In this document: positions 25,452 through 34,940 of the stretch, one piece after another
Position numbering within the stretch: position 1 is the stretch's first letter
Layout of the letters: each line of letters opens with the position of its first letter
NCBI GenBank assembly: GCA_038884975.1
Contig: JAWAAW010000004.1
Span: 1 to 55,695, forward strand
Direction: 5' to 3'
Length of the DNA: 55,695 nucleotides
Origin: Candidatus Woesearchaeota archaeon
GTDB lineage: Archaea > Nanobdellota > Nanobdellia > Woesearchaeales > ARS49
The notes under the pieces: generated by a model
Database searches by the model: none
What the model was told of the DNA's origin: nothing
What the model saw: the letters and a program-made list of their open reading frames with translations, nothing else
Translations under genes and position numbers: made by a program

Positions 25452-25931
25452 ATGAGACTTGCTGCATTTTTTACGGCATTCATAGCAATAAGCCTCCTCG
25501 CCCTCAGCGCAAACATTTTCTTCACCGGGCTTGCGCCAAGAACAGAACACGCGCTTGGAAGCTCAGCCACAATAATGAGCCCTGCGGACAGGATACAGAA
25601 GTCGCAAATAGGTGTTTATCCTGACAAGGCAATAATTGAGGTTCAAGGGCTCAAATGGGCAAATGTTTCTGCAACAAACTCAATGCTTCCTGTGCTCGGC
25701 ACTGGCGCGCATGCATTGCAAGTCGTGCCAAGAAGCGCCAATGAAATACAGACAGGCGACATTGTTTCTTACAAGTATGAGGGCAGGATAATCATTCACA
25801 GAGTGATTGAGATCGGCAGGGATGAGCTTGGCTGGTATGCAATAACAAAAGGCGACAACAACCCAGAACCAGACCCCGCGCCAGTACGGTTCTCGCAGAT
25901 TGACAGGGTGTTGGTTGGAATAATTTACTGA
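25452..25931 (+). CDS. signal peptidase I, archaeal/Sec11 type
   Basis: N-terminal TM helix, catalytic Ser box TNSMLP, His box IIIHRVIEI, GDNN box. Confidence 0.85.
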   Translation: MRLAAFFTAFIAISLLALSANIFFTGLAPRTEHALGSSATIMSPADRIQKSQIGVYPDKAIIEVQGLKWANVSATNSMLPVLGTGAHALQVVPRSANEIQTGDIVSYKYEGRIIIHRVIEIGRDELGWYAITKGDNNPEPDPAPVRFSQIDRVLVGIIY

Positions 25932-26593
25932 ACAATGCCTTCAATCCCTCTTATGCATGATTCCCTCAATTCTTCATCTCGTATTTCGTTGCATCCTTTT
26001 GTGTTGTTGCCAAACCGGGAAACAACCGCAATGCATTCATCGGTCGGGCTGCTCCACAAGCCCTTCAATGTTATTTCCTTGCAAATTTCAGGGTTCTGCT
26101 CAGTGACCGCAATGCACTGAATGCATAATGTACTGAACAATTCACCGTGTTTTTTGCAGTCATCAAGCGTGAACTCAAATGCCCTGCCAAAATCATCTGC
26201 TTTCACAACCTCATACCTTCTTGTCTTGTTCAATTCAGTATGTTCGTACAAGAGCCCACAGGTCATTGCCATTACAACCCTTGAATTGTCCACAAGCGCC
26301 AAGCCCGCTGGCTTTGGAATGGAAACGATTGCGTGGGCAATTCTTGTGCAGTTCTGCCCATCACACAATTCCGCAACGATTGCAGTCTCATTCTTTGAGA
26401 CAACAAGTTCAGGAACACACTCTGTCTGAATAACGTCACCCTTGTCTGTAAGAACACACAGCTGCGAATTCAGGTAGATTGGGTTTTTTTCAAGCAGATT
26501 GTCTATCTTTTCCTGAAATTTTTCAACATCACTTTTAGGTTTGAACAAAGAGCACGCAGCAAGAAGCAATAAAAGCAAGACAAGCCATTTCAT
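25925..26593 (-). CDS. Cys-containing lipoprotein, unknown function
   Basis: MKWLVLLLLLLAAC lipobox, with about 12 Cys in the mature part. Start trimmed to ATG 26593. Confidence 0.6.
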   Translation of the reverse strand: MKWLVLLLLLLAACSLFKPKSDVEKFQEKIDNLLEKNPIYLNSQLCVLTDKGDVIQTECVPELVVSKNETAIVAELCDGQNCTRIAHAIVSIPKPAGLALVDNSRVVMAMTCGLLYEHTELNKTRRYEVVKADDFGRAFEFTLDDCKKHGELFSTLCIQCIAVTEQNPEICKEITLKGLWSSPTDECIAVVSRFGNNTKGCNEIRDEELRESCIRGIEGIVQ

Positions 26594-26647
26594 TTCTTGT
26601 TCCTCCTCCAATTTGGTATTTAAGCTTTGGCTTTGAACTGACCAAAA

Positions 26648-26657
26648 GCTTTTATAC
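26648..26657 (+). promoter_or_regulatory. TATA box for pth2
   Basis: gcttttatac ends 23 nt before ATG 26680. Confidence 0.5.
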
Positions 26658-26679
26658 TTCTTTACAAGAAATTTCTGTT

Positions 26680-27030
26680 ATGGCTGAGTACAAGCAAGTC
26701 ATTCTTGTAAGGCAGGACCTGAAAATGACAAAAGGAAAAATGGCAGCACAAGTAAGCCACGCCTCTGTTGAGGCATTATTGAAATCGCACGCTGATGACA
26801 GGGACAAGTGGAGAGAGCAGGGAATGAAAAAAGTCGTTCTCAAAGTGAAAGACCTCAACGAACTTCTTGAATACAAGAGAAAGGCGGAAGACGCAGGCCT
26901 TGTTTTTGCCCTGATTACGGATGCAGGGCACACGCAATTGGCTCCCGGAACAACAACCTGCCTCGGCATCGGTCCTGACAAGGCAGAAAAAATAGACAAA
27001 ATCACGGGTGGTTTGCAGTTAATCAGCTGA
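26680..27030 (+). CDS. pth2: peptidyl-tRNA hydrolase, archaeal type (Pth2)
   Basis: 116 aa. KQVILVRQDLKMTKGKMAAQVSHAS.. and ITDAGHTQLAPGTTT are typical of PTH2. Confidence 0.92.
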   Translation: MAEYKQVILVRQDLKMTKGKMAAQVSHASVEALLKSHADDRDKWREQGMKKVVLKVKDLNELLEYKRKAEDAGLVFALITDAGHTQLAPGTTTCLGIGPDKAEKIDKITGGLQLIS

Positions 27031-27073
27031 ATTCAATAAGATTTATAAACACCCCGTTGATTTTTCGCAAGCT

Positions 27074-27493
27074 ATGGTAAGTTTCAAGGTCGTGATTGGG
27101 ACAAAAGAAGGAAAATGTTTACAGAAAGAAGTTGCAGAACCAGATGCAAACACATTTCTTGGGAAAAAAATCGGTGACAAGATAGCAGGCGAGGCAATCG
27201 GCTTCACGGGATACGAGTTCGAAATAACAGGCGGCAGCGATTATGCAGGATTCCCTATGAGAAAGGACATACAGGGTGTTGGAAGGAAAAGAATCCTTGC
27301 AGTAGAAGGGATTGGGCTGAAAAAAATTGCAAAAGGCATTCGCGTTAGGAAGACAGTATGCGGAAACACAATACATCCCAAAATTGCGCAAATAAACATG
27401 AAGGTCATAAAGGCAGGAGCACAACCCCTACCAATGCCAGAACCCAAAACAAAAGAGGGAAAGAAAGAGGAAAAGAAGGAAGAGAAGAAGTAA
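27074..27493 (+). CDS. rps6e: ribosomal protein eS6
   Basis: FKVVIGTKEGKC.., ITGGSDYAGFPMRKD, GRKRIL, and a K/E-rich tail. Confidence 0.92.
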   Translation: MVSFKVVIGTKEGKCLQKEVAEPDANTFLGKKIGDKIAGEAIGFTGYEFEITGGSDYAGFPMRKDIQGVGRKRILAVEGIGLKKIAKGIRVRKTVCGNTIHPKIAQINMKVIKAGAQPLPMPEPKTKEGKKEEKKEEKK

Positions 27494-27526
27494 TTCTTTA
27501 AAAACCCCTTATTCTACCACCCTGTT

Positions 27527-27922
27527 ATGACGCAGTTGAGAGTACTTGTTGCAGAAGATTATGATTCTGGCCGTGAAGCAGCAGTGGAAGTCATCAAACA
27601 ATCACTTGACAATGCAACAATCATAGAAGCCACAACAGGTGCAGCAGCCCTTGAAGCGCTGTTGCAATACCTGCCTGAAATAGCCCTTCTTGACTTCAAC
27701 ATGCCATCAATGAATGGTTCAGACGTGATACTGAAATACAGGATAAGGCGGCCGAATGCAAATACTTTCTTTTTGCTTTATTCAGCAAACCACTCAAACA
27801 AGGAATACGCAAAACAACTTGGAGTGCCTTTCCTTTCAAAGCCGTATGATATCAACCAGTTGCGTGCCTATCTGCACGGGTTTGCAGAGGAAATAGGGGT
27901 GCATTCTGAAAAACCTTTATAA
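27527..27922 (+). CDS. stand-alone response-regulator receiver domain protein
   Basis: CheY-like: VLVAEDYD, LLDFNMPSMNG (phospho-acceptor Asp), LYSA, SKP. Confidence 0.85.
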   Translation: MTQLRVLVAEDYDSGREAAVEVIKQSLDNATIIEATTGAAALEALLQYLPEIALLDFNMPSMNGSDVILKYRIRRPNANTFFLLYSANHSNKEYAKQLGVPFLSKPYDINQLRAYLHGFAEEIGVHSEKPL

Positions 27923-27924
27923 AC
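27915..27924 (+). promoter_or_regulatory. TATA box for polB, inside the 3' end of the receiver gene
   Basis: ctttataaac ends 22 nt before ATG 27946. Confidence 0.5.
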
Positions 27925-27945
27925 CCGATTCTCGTCGTATGCATT

Positions 27946-30393
27946 ATGGTTATTGTGCAGTTCTATCCCGTGGACGCGACGTACAAGGTAGTAAACGGCA
28001 AGCCACAGGTTTATTTGTTTGGCAGGACAATAAAAGGAGAACAAATATGCGTTATTGATGCAAATTTTGAGCCCTACTTTTACGCAATCCCAAAAAAAGG
28101 AGAAGACCCGACACCAGAACTCCTGAAATTGAAAACAGAGCGCATTGGCGAAACTTATTCTGTAACAAGAATAGAGCCAGCCCCAAAAAAATATCTTGAG
28201 CACCCGGTGAATGCATTAAAGGTTTTTGTCAACATCCCCAAAGCAGTTGCTGAACTGAAGGACTCTGCAAGGGCGCTGCACGGTGTAGAATCAGTCAACG
28301 AATATGATATTCCTTATGTCCGAAGATACCTCATTGACAAGGGAATAACGCCATTGACGCTTGTGAACGTGGAAGGCGAGCCTGCAATGGAAAAACTCCG
28401 CGTGCCTGCAATAAAGGCATCCAAAATCACGCAGGCAGCAGAATCAACATTCACAAAACCAAAAGTCCTTGCTGTTGACATTGAAACATACAATCCTGAA
28501 GGAAAGCACGTTTCTGCTGACAAACACCCAATACTTATGATTGCGCTTTTCGGCGAAAAACTCAAAAAAGTCCTGACGTGGAAAAGAATTGAAAACGCAG
28601 AAAGCCATGTCGAATTTTTACCTTCAGAAGCAGACGTGCTTGACCGGTTTGTTCAACTCGTTAACGATTACAAGCCGGACATAATTGCGGGTTATTATTC
28701 AGACGGCTTTGATTTCCCCTACATCAGGGCAAGAGCAACAAAAAACAAGATTCCGCTTGAGCTGGGCTTGGATTATTCAGAACTGAGGATTGAAGGCAGG
28801 GCAAACACAAGCGCAAAAATAACAGGCATAGCACACATAGACATACTAAGGATTGTCAGAAAACTGCTTGTGAAAGTGATGGAAACGGACATCTTCACAC
28901 TTGACGCTGTCGCAGCAGAATTACTTGGCAAAGGAAAACACCCCGCAGACATTGACAAGCTTGCAACAGCATGGGACAGCAACAATTCAGCAATGCTCAA
29001 TGAATTTGCGGAATATAATCTGCAAGACGCAGAACTCACTTATGAGCTTGCGCAACTAACAATGCCAAACCTAATTGAAATGGTAAAAATAGTCGGACAA
29101 TTGCCATATGACATCAACAGGATGGGGTTCTCACAACTGGTAGAATGGTTTGCGATGAAACAGGCATTTCCCCTTGGCGAGATCGCACCAAACAAGCCAA
29201 ACTACCGCGAACAAACAAGAAGAGCAAGGGACAGGATAAAAGGAGCATTCGTGTTTGAGCCAAAACCAGGACTTTACGAGAACATAGCAGTATGCGATTA
29301 CCGCTCGCTTTATCCAACAATAATCGCCTCACACAATATCTCGCCAGGAATGCGGAATTGTTCCTGCTGTCCTGATGCGCCACAAATCAAGACTGACAGG
29401 GGAACATTTTGGTACTGCCAGAAGCGCAAGGGCTTTGTGAGCGGAATAATAGAAGACCTCATAACAAGAAGAGCAAGAATAAAAGAAATACTTAAAAAAG
29501 GCGACAAGGACCAATTATTGCACGCAAGAAGCTGGGCTTTGAAAGACCTTGCAAACTCGTTTTATGGTTATCTTGGATTTTCAGCAGCCAGGTGGTACTG
29601 CATTGAGTGCGCAGAAAGCACAACCGCGTGGGAAAGACAATACATTCACGGAGTCATTGAAAAAGCAAAAAAAGAAGACTATGCTGTCTTGTATTCAGAC
29701 ACTGATTCTGTGTTCTTGGGGCTTGGAAACAAAACTCCCGACGATGTACGGGCATTTGTTGACAGAATAAACAGCACCCTGCCCAAACCAATGGAGCTCG
29801 AATACGAAGGATTCTATCCCGCTGGAATCTTTGTTGCAGTAAAGGCCAGCGAGGCAGGCGCAAAGAAAAAATACGCATTAATGAACCAAAAAGGACAAAT
29901 AAAGATAGCCGGTTTTGAAACAGTCAGGAGAAACTGGAGCCCAATAGCAAGACAAACACAAAAAAGGGTCCTTGAACTGTTGTTGTCAGCCAAAAAACCC
30001 GATGCAGCGCTTGAATACCTGAAAAAAATTGTTGACGACCTCAAGCAGAACAGGATTCCACTCAATGACGTTGTGATTCACACTGCCCTGAGCAAGGACA
30101 TTTCAGAATACGAAAGCGCAGGACCACACGTGGCAGCAGCACAAAGAATGCAGGCATTGGGGATACAGGTCGGTCCTGGGGTATTAATCCGCTATGTCGT
30201 CATAAAAGGCAAGGGCAGAATCCGTGACAAGGTCAAGCTGCCGGAAGAGGCAAGACAGGAGGAATACGACGCGGATTATTACGTAAACAACCAACTCCTG
30301 CCCGGCGTTGAAAGAATATTTGACGTGTTCGGAATAAAGATTGCCGATTACTTTACCGAAAAAGAGCAAAGCGCACTGGACAGGTTCTTTTGA
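27946..30393 (+). CDS. polB: DNA polymerase, family B
   Basis: Exo I VDIETYN. Pol motifs DYRSLYPTII, LANSFYGYLGF, YSDTDSVFL. 815 aa, no intein. Confidence 0.96.
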   Translation: MVIVQFYPVDATYKVVNGKPQVYLFGRTIKGEQICVIDANFEPYFYAIPKKGEDPTPELLKLKTERIGETYSVTRIEPAPKKYLEHPVNALKVFVNIPKAVAELKDSARALHGVESVNEYDIPYVRRYLIDKGITPLTLVNVEGEPAMEKLRVPAIKASKITQAAESTFTKPKVLAVDIETYNPEGKHVSADKHPILMIALFGEKLKKVLTWKRIENAESHVEFLPSEADVLDRFVQLVNDYKPDIIAGYYSDGFDFPYIRARATKNKIPLELGLDYSELRIEGRANTSAKITGIAHIDILRIVRKLLVKVMETDIFTLDAVAAELLGKGKHPADIDKLATAWDSNNSAMLNEFAEYNLQDAELTYELAQLTMPNLIEMVKIVGQLPYDINRMGFSQLVEWFAMKQAFPLGEIAPNKPNYREQTRRARDRIKGAFVFEPKPGLYENIAVCDYRSLYPTIIASHNISPGMRNCSCCPDAPQIKTDRGTFWYCQKRKGFVSGIIEDLITRRARIKEILKKGDKDQLLHARSWALKDLANSFYGYLGFSAARWYCIECAESTTAWERQYIHGVIEKAKKEDYAVLYSDTDSVFLGLGNKTPDDVRAFVDRINSTLPKPMELEYEGFYPAGIFVAVKASEAGAKKKYALMNQKGQIKIAGFETVRRNWSPIARQTQKRVLELLLSAKKPDAALEYLKKIVDDLKQNRIPLNDVVIHTALSKDISEYESAGPHVAAAQRMQALGIQVGPGVLIRYVVIKGKGRIRDKVKLPEEARQEEYDADYYVNNQLLPGVERIFDVFGIKIADYFTEKEQSALDRFF

Positions 30394-30433
30394 ATCAGTT
30401 AAGTTTTTAATATAAATCAATTTCCCACAAGCC

Positions 30434-30844
30434 ATGGAAGACTTGTTCAAGTGGTCATTGATAACCGCTTTTGGAATCTCACTGATTACTTTTCTTCTTA
30501 ATTTTATCACAAAGGGCATTGGAATCAAGATTATTGTCGCAGTTGTGCTGACCGTGCTTGTCATTATTTATTTCATGAAAAAGTACGGCGTGCCTGATTC
30601 TGGCTTTAGCGCAGGCAGCATAATCGGGCTTGCAGCAATGGCAGGACTTACGGTTGTTGTTACCACAGATGTTCTTGAATACATACTCACGCTCCTGCTG
30701 TTCGTGATTGCATTCTTCATAGGAGGATTTGTCGGCAAGTGGTCATCTGGCGGTTCAGCGATTCCAAGGAAAAAGCGCAAAGAAAAAGAAGAAGAGGAAG
30801 AAGAGCCAGAGGAAATAGAAGAAAACGAGGTATCAGGCGAATAA
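30434..30844 (+). CDS. membrane protein (4 TM) with acidic C-terminal tail
   Basis: Hydrophobic helices followed by KKRKEKEEEEEEPEEIEENE. TATA tttttaatataaa lies about 25 nt upstream. Confidence 0.6.
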   Translation: MEDLFKWSLITAFGISLITFLLNFITKGIGIKIIVAVVLTVLVIIYFMKKYGVPDSGFSAGSIIGLAAMAGLTVVVTTDVLEYILTLLLFVIAFFIGGFVGKWSSGGSAIPRKKRKEKEEEEEEPEEIEENEVSGE

Positions 30845-30944
30845 TTTAAATTTTATATAAAAACGTATTTATAGCGTCCAACCATCACAATTGATTAATA
30901 CGTTTCTGTACAAGGTGAGAAAAAACACAATTTGGTAGCCTAAA

Positions 30945-31094
30945 ATGGAGCCGATAAACTTTTTCAACTCAATGGCCTATCTGGAACCCAAGTGCCCAAA
31001 GTGCGAGCACAAAATAGACTATGGAGTCACAACAGAGTGGAGCGAAAAGAAAAATGCCCACATCTGCAAGAACTGCGGAAGCGTGATAGAATAA
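30945..31094 (+). CDS. small zinc-ribbon protein (49 aa)
   Basis: Hand translation: MEPINFFNSMAYLEPKCPKCEHKIDYGVTTEWSEKKNAHICKNCGSVIE, with CPKC...CKNC pairs. Not in the ORF track. Confidence 0.5.
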   Translation: MEPINFFNSMAYLEPKCPKCEHKIDYGVTTEWSEKKNAHICKNCGSVIE

Positions 31095-31107
31095 GATTTC
31101 TACCATA

Positions 31108-31656
31108 ATGAAACCTGTTGTTATTGAAAAGAAAACATTTGAACAGGCATTGAACGTATATCTCGCATTCCACGGCACAAAAAACCAATGGGAAATCCAA
31201 AACCTAAAAGAGGCAAACAAAAAATTCAGCAACTGGGTGCTTGCAAGAATACCAATTGAGGACGTAGGAGAAATAGTGATGCCTTATCATCATTACAACG
31301 CGTGCGCAGGCCTCAATGATACTGACAATTACGTCATAATCCCTCCTGAAGGACTAACACTTACAGATGCATATGCACGTTTTCTCAAGCACAAAGAAGA
31401 ACACAAACAAAAAGCACCAATTTGCTATGCAAAAATAATGCATCACAAAAACACGCAAGAAACCACTCCTTTTTTCCTAAGCCAAGAACCACTTTTTACC
31501 GATGCAGCTTACGAGAACCTCCACAAGCACAAGGGAAAAATCACGCATTTGGACGGACTTCACAGGCTAATCGCACTCATGGACTCAGAACAAAAACCAG
31601 CATACATCAACGCATTCATTGCCTTATCTCCACAGGGTTCCGATTGTTTTAAATAA
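31108..31656 (+). CDS. hypothetical protein with possible ParB/sulfiredoxin-like domain
   Basis: KGKITHLDGLHRLIALMDSEQKPAYINAFIAL resembles the DGxHR core of ParB-N/Srx domains. The match is by eye only. Confidence 0.5.
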   Translation: MKPVVIEKKTFEQALNVYLAFHGTKNQWEIQNLKEANKKFSNWVLARIPIEDVGEIVMPYHHYNACAGLNDTDNYVIIPPEGLTLTDAYARFLKHKEEHKQKAPICYAKIMHHKNTQETTPFFLSQEPLFTDAAYENLHKHKGKITHLDGLHRLIALMDSEQKPAYINAFIALSPQGSDCFK

Positions 31657-31678
31657 TCAGCACAAAACATTTCTTTTT

Positions 31679-32668
31679 ATGCAATCACTGCCATTTGAGA
31701 AAAGAAGGACAAAACTGCTTGAGAAAAGGCACGCTGAAACAGACCCTGCATTTGGCTGCATACCGGAACAAAGACCAACAGAAGTCCTCGTGAATTACGG
31801 AATAATTAACCTGAACAAGCCGGCAGGACCAACAAGCCACCAAGTCTCTGACTACATACAAAGAATTCTGCACATTGAGAAAGCAGGACACTCAGGCACT
31901 TTAGACCCGGGAGTTACCGGAGTATTGCCTGTTGCTCTTGGACGGGCAACAAGAATAGTCCAAATGCTTCTCACAGCAGGAAAGGAATACGTTGGAATAA
32001 TGCACTTGCACGACGAAGTGCCAACAAAAGAATTAGAGGCAGCAATAAAAAAGTTTATTGGAAAAATCACGCAACTTCCACCATTAAGGTCAGCAATCAA
32101 GAGACAGCCGAGACAAAGGGAAGTGTATTATTTTGAAATCCTCGAAGTGCAGGGCAAGGACGTATTGTTCAAGGTTGGCTGCGAGGCAGGAACATACATC
32201 AGAAAACTCTGCCACGACCTCGGCAGGGCATTGAAAACAGGAGCACACATGGCTTCACTGCATCGCACAAAAGCAGGGCCTTTCACAGACAAGAACTATG
32301 TCACCCTGCAAGACCTTGAGGATGCTTACTGGTACTGGAAAAACGAAAACAATGACAAACTTCTCAGGCACTGCATCAAGCCTGTCGAGTCCGGAGCAGA
32401 ACACCTGCCCAAAGTTTACGTGCAGGACTCTGCTGTTGACACAATCTGCCACGGAGCATCACTCAAAGTGCCGGGAATTGTCAAACTTGATTCTGACGTG
32501 ACAAAAGGAAGCACTGTTGCAATAATGACACTAAAAGGCGAACTCATTGCCCTCGGAGAAGCACAACAAAACGCAGACGACATCCTCGAAGCAGAGCGCG
32601 GAGAAGCGGTCAAGACACACAAGGTATTCATGCTGCCAGGGACGTATCCAAAACCAACAGCTTTATAA
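31679..32668 (+). CDS. cbf5: tRNA/rRNA pseudouridine synthase Cbf5 (H/ACA RNP catalytic subunit)
   Basis: NLNKPAGPTSHQV, HSGTLDPGVTGVLPV (catalytic Asp), C-terminal PUA domain. Start trimmed to ATG 31679. Confidence 0.93.
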   Translation: MQSLPFEKRRTKLLEKRHAETDPAFGCIPEQRPTEVLVNYGIINLNKPAGPTSHQVSDYIQRILHIEKAGHSGTLDPGVTGVLPVALGRATRIVQMLLTAGKEYVGIMHLHDEVPTKELEAAIKKFIGKITQLPPLRSAIKRQPRQREVYYFEILEVQGKDVLFKVGCEAGTYIRKLCHDLGRALKTGAHMASLHRTKAGPFTDKNYVTLQDLEDAYWYWKNENNDKLLRHCIKPVESGAEHLPKVYVQDSAVDTICHGASLKVPGIVKLDSDVTKGSTVAIMTLKGELIALGEAQQNADDILEAERGEAVKTHKVFMLPGTYPKPTAL

Positions 32669-32729
32669 ACCCCCTCCCTGCACCAGCCCTGTTCTCGGCA
32701 TTTATTGAGAGAAGGAGTGAAGACAAAAA

Positions 32730-33050
32730 ATGATTGATTACCTAAGACCAGTCGCAACATCAGCACCGCCTTATGAGGTAATCTTTGAGTGCGGCGCCAA
32801 CGGAAAACACAAGCTTACGTACACTAATGGCGGTGTTGAACCTCATTATGCATACTTCAGGCCTGCTGACCGCGTAAACGGAAATCCGCTTGTAAGCGCC
32901 CTTGAAGTCGTGCTGGGAGGGCTTCCTGAAGATATCACGCAGGTTAATGTTCTTGCAAAAAACGACAATTGCAAGAAGGCGCTGAAGGAAGAATGTGGCA
33001 ATACTAAACAAGTAACAATAGCACGCAAACAAGTCACTTTTTGTTTCTGA
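32730..33050 (+). CDS. hypothetical protein (106 aa)
   Basis: ORF preceded by GGAGTGA Shine-Dalgarno. No recognisable family. Confidence 0.45.
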   Translation: MIDYLRPVATSAPPYEVIFECGANGKHKLTYTNGGVEPHYAYFRPADRVNGNPLVSALEVVLGGLPEDITQVNVLAKNDNCKKALKEECGNTKQVTIARKQVTFCF

Positions 33051-33119
33051 TTCATTTTCTTACCCTATTGTTAAATAACAGAAATACTTAAATAGGGATA
33101 CCAGTATAGACAAAAGTAT

Positions 33120-34940
33120 ATGGAATTATTTGGAATCGTCGAGATAGGCAGGTCTGCCGGACTGTGGGCACTACTGTTTATTGTTCCACTAATAATCCTT
33201 TACCTTATCCGCCCAAGGCCAAAACTTATGACCATTCCAAGCCTTATGTTCTTTATGAAATCCTCAGGAGCAACAAAACTCACAAGCTTCCTCAGGCAAT
33301 TCTTGCGCGACTGGCTATTCCTTCTGCAATTCCTGATTATTTTCCTTCTCGCATCAACACTTGCCCAGCCGTTCACAAGCTATTATCACGACATAACTTC
33401 TGAAAACACAGTCATAGTCATTGATGTTTCTGCAAGCTCGCAGACAAAAGAAAATGGAAAGACAAGATTTGACATCGCTGTTGAAAAGGCAAGGTCCTTG
33501 CTGGGAGCAAAGAACACAATCATCCTTGCAAAGGACGTTGCCCAGATTGGAATACAAGATGCTGATTTTGCTGATTCAATAGAATACCTCAACGCATTAA
33601 GACCAAAGGATACCACGAGCAGGATAGGCGATGCAATAATCCTTGGCGGAGAAGTGCTGGCAGGCAAGGAAGGAAGGATAATTGTGCTGAGCGACTTCAT
33701 CAACACCGCAGGACAAGACCCCCACATAGCAAAAGCAGTTGTTGAGAGCAGAGGAACAACAGTTGACTTCATAAACACAGCAACAGGCGAGCACAGGACA
33801 AACATAGGCATTGTTGACATGCTTGCAGAACCAACAACCACCACGATTTATGTCAAAAATTACGAGCCAACGCAACAAAAAATAAAGGTCAGCATTGGAA
33901 CAGGCGCAAAAGACCTCACCCTTGCCGCACACTCGATAGAAACATTCTCAATCATCACGCCTCCTGACCTGACAAAAATAACACTGAACGTTCAGGACGA
34001 CTTTCCTGTTGACAACACTGTCTATTTAAGCAGTCCGAGCGGAGCAAAAACAAAGGCATTACTCATCACGAACAACGCAAGCATATTCCTCAAGAATGCC
34101 CTCCTCGCGTCAGGCGAAACAGAACTCACGATTGCAGAGCCACCCATAATACCAAAGGACAATTTTGATGTTTACATAATCCACAACATCAACCCAAAAA
34201 ACATTTTGCCAGGCACTTTTGAAGACCTTGCAAGAAAGGCAGAAGACGGGGCAAGCATAGTCATAGGCGCGCAGGAGGATTCTGACAAGATTGACTACAA
34301 AGGACTGCTGCCTGTTGACATTGGCGGAAGGTCAGAAGGAGGATTCATAACTGTAGACCAGCTGAACAAGTTCACGAGAAACATAGAATTTGGCGCTGTT
34401 GATTACTTTTTCAGCACGACACCAAAAGAAAACACCCTAACAGTGCTCTCTGTTGTTGGAAAACCGCTTGTTGCAATAGGCAGGAAAGGAAAAGGCAAAC
34501 TTGCATACTACGGCATTCTTGAGAAGTCATCAGACTTCCCATACTCGCCCGGCTACCCAATATTCTGGACAGAATTCATACGCTTCCTCACAGACCAACA
34601 GGACGTCAGGAACCTTAACTACAAGACCGGAGACACAATAATCCTTGACGCACTGCAAAGAATTGAAACCCCCACAAAGATACTCAAGAAGTCCGCAATG
34701 ATATTTGAGGAGGCAGGGGTTTACAAGTTCGAGGATGGCAGGACCCTTGCCGTAAACCTTCTGAGCGAGCGCGAGAGCGACATCAACGCAAACACAACAA
34801 TGGGAGCAAAAAGCACAGAATTCGAGCTCAAGCCCGTGAAGGAAAAGCGCAAGTTCGAGTTCGAAATGCCTTTTGTCCTCCTCGCACTAATCCTGTTGTT
34901 CATTGAATTGTTATACGTCAAGATGAGGGGGTTGGTATGA
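33120..34940 (+). CDS. BatA-like membrane protein with von Willebrand factor A domain
   Basis: N-terminal aerotolerance-regulator-type double TM (WALLFIVPLIILYLIRPRP), VWA MIDAS start VIVIDVSASS, C-terminal TM. Confidence 0.8.
   Translation: MELFGIVEIGRSAGLWALLFIVPLIILYLIRPRPKLMTIPSLMFFMKSSGATKLTSFLRQFLRDWLFLLQFLIIFLLASTLAQPFTSYYHDITSENTVIVIDVSASSQTKENGKTRFDIAVEKARSLLGAKNTIILAKDVAQIGIQDADFADSIEYLNALRPKDTTSRIGDAIILGGEVLAGKEGRIIVLSDFINTAGQDPHIAKAVVESRGTTVDFINTATGEHRTNIGIVDMLAEPTTTTIYVKNYEPTQQKIKVSIGTGAKDLTLAAHSIETFSIITPPDLTKITLNVQDDFPVDNTVYLSSPSGAKTKALLITNNASIFLKNALLASGETELTIAEPPIIPKDNFDVYIIHNINPKNILPGTFEDLARKAEDGASIVIGAQEDSDKIDYKGLLPVDIGGRSEGGFITVDQLNKFTRNIEFGAVDYFFSTTPKENTLTVLSVVGKPLVAIGRKGKGKLAYYGILEKSSDFPYSPGYPIFWTEFIRFLTDQQDVRNLNYKTGDTIILDALQRIETPTKILKKSAMIFEEAGVYKFEDGRTLAVNLLSERESDINANTTMGAKSTEFELKPVKEKRKFEFEMPFVLLALILLFIELLYVKMRGLV

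Noticed and set aside
30969-31232. The 87-aa minus-strand ORF.
   Set aside because: It is antisense to the Zn-ribbon gene and to the start of the 182-aa gene, both of which have better coding features and fit the plus-strand operon leading into cbf5.
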